From an uncultured Ruminococcus sp. (GTDB lineage: Bacteria; Bacillota; Clostridia; Oscillospirales; CAG-272), in the NCBI GenBank assembly GCA_964588425.1, contig CAZPPN010000002.1, positions 1 through 33,885 on the forward strand: 33,885 nt of DNA. The letters run 5' to 3'. Under the pieces are notes generated by a model. The model was not told the origin of the DNA. It saw only the letters and a program-made list of their open reading frames with translations, and searched no databases. The translations under genes and the position numbers were made by a program. Below, one piece after another: positions 26,794-33,885 of this stretch (positions are counted from its first letter, which is position 1; each line of letters begins with the position of its first letter).

Positions 26794-26816
26794 TTCTGTT
26801 TGATATTGTCTCAGAG

Positions 26817-28433
26817 TCAGATTTCCGGAACCTGGTGATTCTCTCCGCCTGCGTGAATGTGCGAGTGAAGATCACCTGTTTGCGTTCCGACCAGCGCCTC
26901 GAGATACTCCATTGTCTCGTTTTCGTCGTATGTCTGGTAGTGAACGTGAAGCTCGTCACCGTCACCGATCGCGCTGTCTCCGTGTACCGCGTGCTTTTTG
27001 TGTACCGAAAGTACCACGCAGGTCGGCGGCCAGAGAATGTCGCGGATCTCTTTGCCGACAACGAACGATCCTTCGCGAACCGTCAGATGCGTGTCAACAA
27101 TCTGCGCCGTTTTTCCGCTGTGGGATGCCTCGACTTTTGCTTCGATAACCGTGTCGGTGAACGGAACGATTCCGAGTGTCTCAACCACGAGATACGCAAT
27201 CGTGATGCCGACAGATATCGGTATGATGTTCGAAAGCCCCGAGAGCGCCTCGATTGCAAATGTGATCGCCATGATCGGAGTGTGTGAGCATGAGCTGAGG
27301 AATGATGCAATGCCCGTGACTACCATGATGATGTAGTATTCTTCGGGAAGAACACCAAGCGATACGAGTGCCTTGCCGCATACCGCACCGATGATCGCGC
27401 CGAACGCCAGTGTGGGAACGAAAAGCCCGCCTGTGATGTCAGCGTTGTTTGCGACAATAAGCAGGATCGCACGCACGCAGAAATATATTATCAGCAGATA
27501 CCATACGCCGTGACCGTGGATAAGCTCGTCGACGAGATGGTGACCGGACGCAATGCACTCAGCGGAGAAGAACCCGATCAGTGAGACGCATACGAAAATG
27601 ATGACTGTCTTCAGCGTGAAGGGAAGTGCGGCGAGTTTTACCTTGATGATCTTTCTGACGATTGTGTAAACCTTGGTGAATCCGGCAGCGGCAAATCCGC
27701 AGGCAGCACCGACAATAACGGTCACCCAGAGATAGGTCAGGGGAAGAATCGAGTCAATGGTGAATCCGAAAAGGGAATAGCTTACCGCACCGTCCGAGAG
27801 GGAACAGAGAAGCTGCATCGTAGCGGAGCTTGCGAGAGTAGTCATCGCCGCCGCCATGAAGATCATCGGTGAAAAACGTCTGTGGGCTTCCTCGAATGCG
27901 AAGAAAATACCCGTGAGAGGGGATCCCGTAGCTGCGGCAAATCCGGCAGAAGCACCGCCTGTCATGATGTATCTGTCCCACGCGCGGTTTTTCGGAGCGA
28001 AAATGCGAACCGTTCCGCGTCCGATTGCTGTACCAATCTGTATGCTGGGACCTTCGTTACCGAGAGGGATCGCGCAGAAATATGTCAGCATGGACGAGAA
28101 GAATACGAAAACAGTGCTCTTGACCCAGTTGAGTGGAGTAAGTCCGCGCAGGATCGCGATCGATGTGGGGATTCCGCCGCCTCTGCAGTCCGGAATGAAC
28201 TTGAGGGTTACAGCCGAGATCAGACCGATCAGAGCCGCGCCGAGGAGCAGAAACGGAAGAAATTGAGGATTTGAGCGTACATGAGCGTATATGTCAGCCG
28301 ATGCTCCGATCACCCATGAAGCGGTCAGCTTGAAGAGGAAGATCACGATGCCCGTTAAAATTCCCGCAATGACCGAGAGGATCAGACACGGCAGAAGAAT
28401 ATTTTTGATATAATTGGAACGGTTTTTGCGCAT
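26817..28433 (-). CDS. ClC-family chloride/anion channel or H+/Cl- antiporter with a C-terminal TrkA-C (RCK_C)-like domain
   Basis: 538 aa. ClC selectivity motifs RGGGIPTS, GNEGPSIQIG and GGLFVPTLAFGA. The soluble C-terminal ~90 aa are AQIVDTHLTVREGSFVVGKEIRDILWPPTCVVLSVHKKHAVHGDSAIGDGDELHV. GGAGA RBS. Confidence 0.9.
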   Translation of the reverse strand: MRKNRSNYIKNILLPCLILSVIAGILTGIVIFLFKLTASWVIGASADIYAHVRSNPQFLPFLLLGAALIGLISAVTLKFIPDCRGGGIPTSIAILRGLTPLNWVKSTVFVFFSSMLTYFCAIPLGNEGPSIQIGTAIGRGTVRIFAPKNRAWDRYIMTGGASAGFAAATGSPLTGIFFAFEEAHRRFSPMIFMAAAMTTLASSATMQLLCSLSDGAVSYSLFGFTIDSILPLTYLWVTVIVGAACGFAAAGFTKVYTIVRKIIKVKLAALPFTLKTVIIFVCVSLIGFFSAECIASGHHLVDELIHGHGVWYLLIIYFCVRAILLIVANNADITGGLFVPTLAFGAIIGAVCGKALVSLGVLPEEYYIIMVVTGIASFLSSCSHTPIMAITFAIEALSGLSNIIPISVGITIAYLVVETLGIVPFTDTVIEAKVEASHSGKTAQIVDTHLTVREGSFVVGKEIRDILWPPTCVVLSVHKKHAVHGDSAIGDGDELHVHYQTYDENETMEYLEALVGTQTGDLHSHIHAGGENHQVPEI

Positions 28434-28474
28434 GAAAAAGTCTCCGATGTGGTTATAAAAATGATTACCGCATT

Positions 28475-28503
28475 ATTATACCACATTTTTCGCTTTTATG
28501 CAA
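28475..28503 (-). promoter_or_regulatory. Promoter of the ClC gene, embedded in an inverted repeat
   Basis: On the minus strand: TTGCAT (28503-28498), 17-nt spacer, TGgTATAAT (-10 at 28480-28475). The inverted repeat TGTGGTTATAA / TTATACCACA (28448-28485, one indel) spans the -10. Confidence 0.6.
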
Positions 28504-28520
28504 CAGACCGTGCTATACGA

Positions 28521-29648
28521 TTAATGCATAACGTCCCATTCGCCGACATATGGCTTCAGCTTTTCTTCGATCTCGCGGAATCCATCATCATCGCGGATGA
28601 AATCGTATGCGTCGGACTTCATGTCGTTCAGAAGAAGCAGGGCATCGTTTTCGGTCTCCGATGTGATGAAGGACTTGCCGCTGCTCTCGTATCCGCGGAG
28701 AATGAGTGATGTGTGAGTGATGATGTCCTCGGCGGAGTATTTGATGAACCCGATCGCGTGATCAGCCGCGCAGGAGAGATGTTCGAGAGTCTTTTCACGA
28801 TCCGCGCGCTTTGCGTAGTATAATGCCTGATCGGAATGAGTGGACGCGAGATCGCAGTGGTAGAATCCGAAATCGCCGTCCTCGAACATTAGTCTGAGGA
28901 ATGCGATACGCTTGTCGCGGAGTGCGGCTTTGTCGTCGTCCGTGTAGTAAGCCTCGCCGCTGTCATGTTTTCTTCCGCTTTTTGTAATCTCATCCGAAAG
29001 ATACTCTATGAGATCTAAAATCAGTCTCTTGTCCGCACGGTAGCCTTCATCACCGCTGTATACATGACATCTCAGAAAATCTCTTGAGACTGCCATGTGC
29101 GGCATCTTATTTGCAAGCTCAATTGCACGTTCTCGCTTTCCTATACCGGGATAAATTAAACAGAGTGTCTGTATTGCACCGGAGCTCAGACCAACATGAG
29201 TGCAGTTTTCACTGATTTTCTCAGCAAGCCGGATGGTTTCTTCCTTATAGCGTTCGCGTTCTTCTTCGCTGAGAGAGCCGTCATACATGAGATAAAATGT
29301 GTCAAACATGATACCTGACATGATTTTGTAACTGTCCGGGAACTCACGTAAGCCGTCTGATAAAATTTTGTATGATTCCGAGTGGTATCCGCGTGCAGAG
29401 TATGATTCGGCGTTGTCACAGATTTCCGCGATACGCTTTGTCTTTACTTCAAGATTGATTCCGAGAAGCTCGTCGGATGTCACACCAAGGAGATTGCACA
29501 GCGGCGCTATGAGGGAGAGGTCGGGAGATGTTTTGTCAAGCTCCCACTGAGAGACTGCGGACACGGATACTCCGAGGTATTCCGCGAGAGTTTCCTGAGT
29601 CATGTCTTTCTGACGGCGAAGTTTTTTGATTGTTGTACTGATATTCAT
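28521..29648 (-). CDS. XRE-family HTH regulator with a ~300-aa helical-repeat (TPR-like) C-terminal domain
   Basis: N-terminus MNISTTIKKLRRQKDMTQETLAEYLGVSVSAVSQWELDKTSPDLSLIAPLCNLLGVTSDELLG. GGAGG RBS 6 nt upstream. Paralog of 25533-26621. Confidence 0.85.
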   Translation of the reverse strand: MNISTTIKKLRRQKDMTQETLAEYLGVSVSAVSQWELDKTSPDLSLIAPLCNLLGVTSDELLGINLEVKTKRIAEICDNAESYSARGYHSESYKILSDGLREFPDSYKIMSGIMFDTFYLMYDGSLSEEERERYKEETIRLAEKISENCTHVGLSSGAIQTLCLIYPGIGKRERAIELANKMPHMAVSRDFLRCHVYSGDEGYRADKRLILDLIEYLSDEITKSGRKHDSGEAYYTDDDKAALRDKRIAFLRLMFEDGDFGFYHCDLASTHSDQALYYAKRADREKTLEHLSCAADHAIGFIKYSAEDIITHTSLILRGYESSGKSFITSETENDALLLLNDMKSDAYDFIRDDDGFREIEEKLKPYVGEWDVMH

Positions 29649-29699
29649 ATTGTACCTCCATTGGATATAAGAAATATCAGAAGCGCTTCTGTTGATTAT

Positions 29700-29728
29700 A
29701 TTTTATCATTGTTCCGCACGTATTGCAA
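29700..29728 (-). promoter_or_regulatory. Promoter of the HTH/TPR-like regulator 28521-29648
   Basis: On the minus strand: TTGCAA (29728-29723), 17-nt spacer, TGaTAAAAT (-10 at 29705-29700). The perfect 14-bp palindrome CAGAAGCGCTTCTG (29678-29691) begins 8 nt downstream. Confidence 0.6.
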
Positions 29729-29789
29729 CGGAGAAATTCTTGAAACAAATTAAAGCAATGCTTGAATTTTTGAATCCGGTATTTCGGAC

Positions 29790-29831
29790 AAAAAACTGCA
29801 GTACCCGGAGAGCCGCTCCGTAATACTGCAG
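29790..29831 (-). terminator. Rho-independent terminator after the nucleoside-hydrolase-like gene
   Basis: Outer stem CTGCAGTA (29796-29803) / TACTGCAG (29824-29831) with inner stem CGGAG/CTCCG. On the minus strand it is followed by TTTTTT (plus-strand A-run 29790-29795). Confidence 0.8.
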
Positions 29832-29852
29832 TGCATGATATATGCTTGTGAA

Positions 29853-30812
29853 TTACTCCGGCAGAATCAGGTCATCCACGATGCGGCGTATATCCTCGTA
29901 ATCCGCCTTGGGAAGGAGGTATGTGTGCTGTCCGCCCTCTTCTCTCGTCCAATGGGTAACGTATTCGTCATCCACCGTAATGCGCCCGAATTCGTGATAG
30001 TTCCAGTAAACTCCGGGACGTACCGCTTCCAGCATGGCAGTCTGATCCCAGCTGCATCGGCCTGCGCCGTGGTTGTGGATGTCGTATGCCCGTCCGACAG
30101 GATCAGACGGCGGTACCTTTGAGGGATAACCGACCATGGTCGTGATATATGACCCCAGCTCGTAGCTTGCAAATACCAGCTCGCCTGTCCATTCATCGCA
30201 GGCTGTTTTTGCACTCTTTCCGCTGCCTCTGATGTTGTATTCCCATGTCATCACATGACTCTGAGGATTTCCGCTTTCGTAAAGGAGCATGGGCCATGAT
30301 TCAAAGAAACGTCCGCCCATGACTACGGTTCTCGCCAGTTTCCGACGTACCAGTTCCTTGCCGGACAGAGGCGATATTTCGTCGGCAGCGCTTGTAATCA
30401 GCTTTGCCATGGATGTCAGCGTTCCGGTTACAACCAGAGTGATACTTTCGTCTTCAGCCTCTGCGAGAATTTTCCGCAGAACTGTCAGCGTGTCCGGTAC
30501 GGATTTGTCTGACATCACGGATTCGGCAGGATAACTGTTCGGGAATTCTTCGCACAGAGCACCCGCATATACACCGCGTCCTTCGCTCCAGCAGTCATAG
30601 TTGATTCCGACAGGTACTTCTCTTCCGAAGTATCGGTTGATGGCATCAATACATCCTGCGACATACGGAGTAGCCGCACAGTGCGTAACAGCCAGAAGTT
30701 CCGCCTCGCCTCTGTCGCAAAGCCTATGCAGCATGGCAAGTGTTCCTGCGTCGTCGCAGTCACCGCCGATGTCTGTATCGAATATAATTTTTACCGGTTT
30801 TCTGTTTTCCAT
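29853..30812 (-). CDS. Inosine-uridine-preferring nucleoside hydrolase-like protein
   Basis: ATG 30812 with GGAG 8-11 nt upstream (319 aa; the ORF-track start 30827 lacks an RBS). N-terminal KIIFDTDIGGDCDDAGTLAML resembles the Asp-cluster motif of the IUNH fold. It lies 55 nt downstream of the GH95 frame end. Confidence 0.75.
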   Translation of the reverse strand: MENRKPVKIIFDTDIGGDCDDAGTLAMLHRLCDRGEAELLAVTHCAATPYVAGCIDAINRYFGREVPVGINYDCWSEGRGVYAGALCEEFPNSYPAESVMSDKSVPDTLTVLRKILAEAEDESITLVVTGTLTSMAKLITSAADEISPLSGKELVRRKLARTVVMGGRFFESWPMLLYESGNPQSHVMTWEYNIRGSGKSAKTACDEWTGELVFASYELGSYITTMVGYPSKVPPSDPVGRAYDIHNHGAGRCSWDQTAMLEAVRPGVYWNYHEFGRITVDDEYVTHWTREEGGQHTYLLPKADYEDIRRIVDDLILPE

Positions 30813-30867
30813 TTGAATAATCTCCATTTCAATTTATAACCCGTTGTCTGAGATCGGTATGAAAAAT

Positions 30868-33474
30868 TTATTCCCCGAGATAATCCGGCGGAGTGATTGA
30901 ACCTTGGCTGAGCTGACGGATGATCATACGGTATCTCAGTCTGTCCTCTTTGGTAGAACGATTGATCGTTGCAAATGCGCCGTCTGCGGAAGAATCGAGG
31001 GTATCTCCGCGTGTGATTTTGTATGTTACGGTTTCGTGCCGTGCGGGATCGCATCCGATATCGCGGTAATATCCGCCGACAGCTCCGATTGCGATCAGCT
31101 CATATACAGGCGATGAATCGCACGCACGCCAGATGTTTACGGGTTCGTCGAAATCCCAGCGTACGGAAGGCTCACGGTTTACCTTAATACTATGCGGAAC
31201 GGGAAGGAGCTCGTGTGCGGGAATTGAGGAGATTTCGTAAACCTCTCCTGCTGTTGTGTCAAACTCGATTCTGTCGCTGTCGATAATCCGAGGAGAGAAC
31301 CCGTATTTTGCTTTTGCGATGTTTTTATATTTTATGCGGCAGATTCCGCCGGATCGGGAGTGAACCGTGATCTATTCTGCGCAGAGGTTTTTCCATTCAA
31401 CATCAAAAACAAAGTTTCCGCGTGCGGCAAGCCCTTTGTATGATCCGCTGTTCCATGCGTCGGGAAGGGCAGGAAGCGGACGGATGAATTCTCCGTGACT
31501 CTGCAGAAGCATTTCAGCAACGCCGGATGTTCCGCCGAAATTTCCGTCGATTTGGAACGGAGGATGTGCATCCCAAAGATTGTAATAGGTTTTGCTTCCG
31601 AGCAGGGAGGAGTAGAGCTTGAGCGCACGGTTGCCGTCACCGGTTCTCGCCCATGCATTCAGTCGGTGTGCAAGTGCCCATCCGGTCGAATCATCGGATC
31701 TGAGATTCAGAGAGACCTTGGCGGCATCGAGCCATGCGGGAGTTTCGTCGGAAATATGTGTTCCGGGATAGAGCCATACGAGCTGTGAGATATGACGGTG
31801 GCGGTATTCACCGATTTCGCCGTAGAATTTTTCTTCCCTGTATTCCTTGATCTGCCCGCTCCATCCGATCTGTACGGGATCATATCGGTCAAGCTGTTCT
31901 CTGATTTGCTTTACGAGAGCGATATCTTCAGCCGGGAGCGTGTTTTCGCCGAGGATTTCTACACATTTCAGAAAATCAAGAGCATTTTCATATATCATCT
32001 GCTGATCGAACGCGCATCCGACTGTGGCATAATATGGGAGAATGCAGTCCCGCCCGGGTGCGAACTCTTGCTCGGGAGAGGCTGATGTAGGAACAAGCCG
32101 CAGTCCGTCAAAATCAGCGGTGCATTTCATCATGAACCGTGCACAATCCCGGATTGACGGATAGACTTTTTTAAGAAGGAGCTGTTTGTTCTGCGTGAAA
32201 GTATAGGCTTCCCAGATCATTTTGGCTGTAAATGCACCTGTTCCGGGACCTGAATGAGAAGCGCCGGGATTCATTCCATAGATTTCATAAGGTGTTGTTG
32301 AACCGCCGAATGCCCATCCGCATCCCCCGGGCGCAGGATCGTAGTTCTCGGGGAGTGCAGCTTTTATATAATTTGAGGCAACTTTATTCGCCTGCTCACG
32401 TCCGCTGATATTATAATCGAGGTACGCATCAAATGTTTCGCCGATGTTTGTGATAAACGCAGGCCAGTAGTTCATCTGTACATTGATGTTGTGGAAATAT
32501 GTTCCGCCCCACGGAGCTGTATCATAACAGTTCCATACACCCTGGAGATTTGCAGGCAGACATCCTGGGCGCGATGAGGAAATGAGAAGATAACGTCCGT
32601 ACTGGAAATACAGCACTTCAAGATAGCGGAAATGCTCTTTGTGATAATTTTCAACTATTTTGTCAGTCATCATATCCGGCACAGTACAGTCGTCAAACTC
32701 AAGTGAAACACGGTCAAAGAGGGATTTGTAGTCGGATATATGACGCTCTTTCAGTTCATCATAGCTGTGTGATGCCGCGTTTTCAATCATCTCAGAGACT
32801 TTTTCGTGCGGATTAAAATCGCGAAGTTTGAGATGTTTGGAGCTTTCGGTGAAAACGGACGGTCTGAGCTCATAGTTTGTAGCTCCGCAGAAGATGAATT
32901 CGGTTGTCTGTGCATCCTCAACGGTGAGAAACGTGCCGTCTGTTGATATTTTTCCGTTGGTTCTGACTTTGAGCTGACCTTCAAAACGGATATTGTAAGG
33001 CTGCATTGTGCCGCGGAATGTTACAGTATCCCCATGAACAGAAACCTGTCCGCGCTTCTCGATTCCGCTCTCTTCCGTCAGATGCGCGATCTTCATATCA
33101 AAAACAAGCGAGGTTTTCTAGGTGGATGTGATTTTTCCGACAATCGCACGGTCAGGATATGACGCAAAGTATTCGCGTTCGATGTGACATGATCCGCAGT
33201 CGTACCGCACATATGCAGCGGCACGTGAAATATCGAGTCCTCTTTCGTAGCATGATCCCTAAATTTCTGCGTGCGGAAAACGGATGTACAGATTGGAGAA
33301 ACTGTTCAGTCCTTTCGGCGTGAGCATGGAGTTTTCGCTGATCTGTATTCTTTCGTATTCGATGCCGCCGAAGATATTGCCGCCGAGATGTGAGCAGCCG
33401 ATCGGTATGGAATATCTTTCCCATCCGTCGTTATTGTCACACGCCATATAATCATATCTGAGTACCAGTTCCAT
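30868..33474 (-). CDS. GH95 alpha-L-fucosidase-like glycoside hydrolase; a single 869-codon frame interrupted by three in-frame TAG codons (a pseudogene under code 11, or amber read-through)
   Basis: ATG 33474 with an AAGGAG RBS. One frame gives [84 protein letters not shown] and VEWKN....[15 protein letters not shown], then ~110 further aa to TAA 30870-30868. TAG codons lie at 33261-33259, 33120-33118 and 31374-31372. There is no frameshift and no TAA/TGA. Confidence 0.8.
31372..31374 (-). other. In-frame TAG codon 3 of 3 in the GH95 frame
   Basis: Context GCA GAA TAG ATC ACG, i.e. ...[20 protein letters not shown]... Confidence 0.95.
31372..33096 (-). CDS. Largest uninterrupted segment of the GH95 locus under the standard code (what an ORF caller would report)
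   Basis: 574-aa ORF-track entry holding the catalytic (alpha/alpha)6 region motifs [10 protein letters not shown] and [10 protein letters not shown]. It is bounded upstream by TAG 33120-33118 and ends at TAG 31374-31372. Confidence 0.7.
   Translation of the reverse strand: MKIAHLTEESGIEKRGQVSVHGDTVTFRGTMQPYNIRFEGQLKVRTNGKISTDGTFLTVEDAQTTEFIFCGATNYELRPSVFTESSKHLKLRDFNPHEKVSEMIENAASHSYDELKERHISDYKSLFDRVSLEFDDCTVPDMMTDKIVENYHKEHFRYLEVLYFQYGRYLLISSSRPGCLPANLQGVWNCYDTAPWGGTYFHNINVQMNYWPAFITNIGETFDAYLDYNISGREQANKVASNYIKAALPENYDPAPGGCGWAFGGSTTPYEIYGMNPGASHSGPGTGAFTAKMIWEAYTFTQNKQLLLKKVYPSIRDCARFMMKCTADFDGLRLVPTSASPEQEFAPGRDCILPYYATVGCAFDQQMIYENALDFLKCVEILGENTLPAEDIALVKQIREQLDRYDPVQIGWSGQIKEYREEKFYGEIGEYRHRHISQLVWLYPGTHISDETPAWLDAAKVSLNLRSDDSTGWALAHRLNAWARTGDGNRALKLYSSLLGSKTYYNLWDAHPPFQIDGNFGGTSGVAEMLLQSHGEFIRPLPALPDAWNSGSYKGLAARGNFVFDVEWKNLCAE
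33118..33120 (-). other. In-frame TAG codon 2 of 3 in the GH95 frame
   Basis: Context TCC ACC TAG AAA ACC, i.e. ...[25 protein letters not shown]... Confidence 0.95.
33259..33261 (-). other. In-frame TAG codon 1 of 3 in the GH95 frame
   Basis: Context GAA ATT TAG GGA TCA, i.e. ...[22 protein letters not shown]... Confidence 0.95.
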
Positions 33475-33518
33475 AAGCAGTCTCCTTTTTGGGAAATTGT
33501 ATGTTATTATTTTATAAC

Positions 33519-33547
33519 ATTATAACATATCGCTGTGCCGAATTCAA
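33519..33547 (-). promoter_or_regulatory. Promoter of the GH95 gene
   Basis: On the minus strand: TTGAAT (33547-33542), 17-nt spacer, TGtTATAAT (-10 at 33524-33519). Confidence 0.6.
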
Positions 33548-33583
33548 TATGGAATTGTTCCGATGTGGCAAAAAAATTATTGG

Positions 33584-33612
33584 TTGACAATCCAATGGTT
33601 GTGTGATAAAAT
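33584..33612 (+). promoter_or_regulatory. Promoter of the YhcH-family gene
   Basis: TTGACA (33584-33589), 17-nt spacer, TGaTAAAAT (-10 at 33607-33612). Confidence 0.65.
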
Positions 33613-33654
33613 AAGTTTGAAAACCAAGTTATCATAAACCAAGGAGATGCAGCT

Positions 33655-33885
33655 ATGATTATTGATTCCATCAGAAACCGCGCAAAATACTACTGCCTCG
33701 GAGAAGAGTACAAAGCAGCTCTTGATTTCTGTGCATCCGTTCTCGAAGACGGATTCAAGGAAGGCGATTATCCGCTTCTCGATGGCAAAGTTGTCGTAAA
33801 GAACCGCGTTCTCACAACAAAGCCCATTGAAGAATGTAAGTGGGAGTGCCACAGAAAGTTCGTTGACATTCATTTCGTAGCATCC
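33655..33885 (+). CDS. YhcH/YjgK/YiaL-family protein (DUF386; sialic-acid/beta-galactoside-operon associated), N-terminal 77 codons, continues beyond the window
   Basis: Absent from the ORF track because there is no stop in the window. AAGGAG RBS (33641-33646) precedes ATG 33655. Translation MIIDSIRNRAKYYCLGEEYKAALDFCASVLEDGFKEGDYPLLDGKVVVKNRVLTTKPIEECKWECHRKFVDIHFVAS matches the family pattern recalled for E. coli YhcH/EbgC-like proteins. Confidence 0.75.
   Translation, partial: MIIDSIRNRAKYYCLGEEYKAALDFCASVLEDGFKEGDYPLLDGKVVVKNRVLTTKPIEECKWECHRKFVDIHFVAS

Noticed and set aside
28434-28520. A fluoride (crcB-motif) riboswitch upstream of the ClC gene.
   Set aside because: The predicted leader is only ~40 nt and lacks the conserved pseudoknotted riboswitch core. 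The protein also carries a TrkA-C-like tail rather than looking like a minimal ClC-F.
29678-29691. A catabolite-responsive element (cre) at CAGAAGCGCTTCTG, and one at TGTAATTTGTTACA (17912-17925).
   Set aside because: The first has the central CG but mismatches the TG/CA flanks of the cre consensus TGWAANCGNTNWCA. The second has the flanks but lacks the central CG. Both are reported only as generic palindromic operator candidates.
33152-33424. A 90-aa Arg-rich ORF, and the short ORFs at 30791-31054 (-) and 30904-31116 (+), as independent genes.
   Set aside because: All are out of frame with, or antisense to, the continuous GH95 reading frame, which shows family motifs. Their own translations are low-complexity and lack RBSs.

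Overview
This looks like a chromosomal accessory region of a Firmicutes/Clostridia-like anaerobe. That placement is inferred from GGAGG-type RBSs, sigma-A consensus promoters, hairpin plus U-tract terminators and gene content. About 25 genes are packed on both strands. (1) 1-6875 (-): an Opp/Dpp-type ABC importer operon, ordered lipoprotein SBP, attenuator hairpin, two permeases, two ATPases. (2) Five XRE-type HTH regulators: a tandem pair at 8157-9821, two HTH plus helical-repeat paralogs at 25533-26621 and 28521-29648 that bracket a ClC channel gene, and a 200-aa HTH protein at 23769-24371. (3) Carbohydrate-related genes: an esterase/beta-propeller fusion, a 693-aa glycosidase-like protein, a secreted tandem-LamG protein, a NanA-like lyase, a nucleoside-hydrolase-like protein, a GH95 fucosidase-like gene and a partial YhcH-family gene. 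(4) An ECF-like sigma factor whose reading frame breaks. (5) An MFS transporter divergent from a PTS alpha-glucoside operon (EIICB, 263-bp structured spacer, GH4 6-phospho-alpha-glucosidase, EIIA-Glc, Enzyme I). No rRNA, tRNA, CRISPR array, transposase or integrase was found. The most unusual observation is the GH95 gene (30868-33474, -). It has an intact promoter and RBS and keeps one family-like reading frame for 869 codons. That frame runs through exactly three in-frame stop codons, all TAG, with no frameshift. None of the 24 gene ends in the window uses TAG (13 TAA, 11 TGA). This fits either amber read-through/suppression or a very recent three-hit pseudogene, and the window alone cannot decide. 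Secondary observations are the sigma-factor frame break, promoter-proximal palindromes private to each XRE regulator, and structured or repeat-like intergenic spacers in and after the PTS operon.
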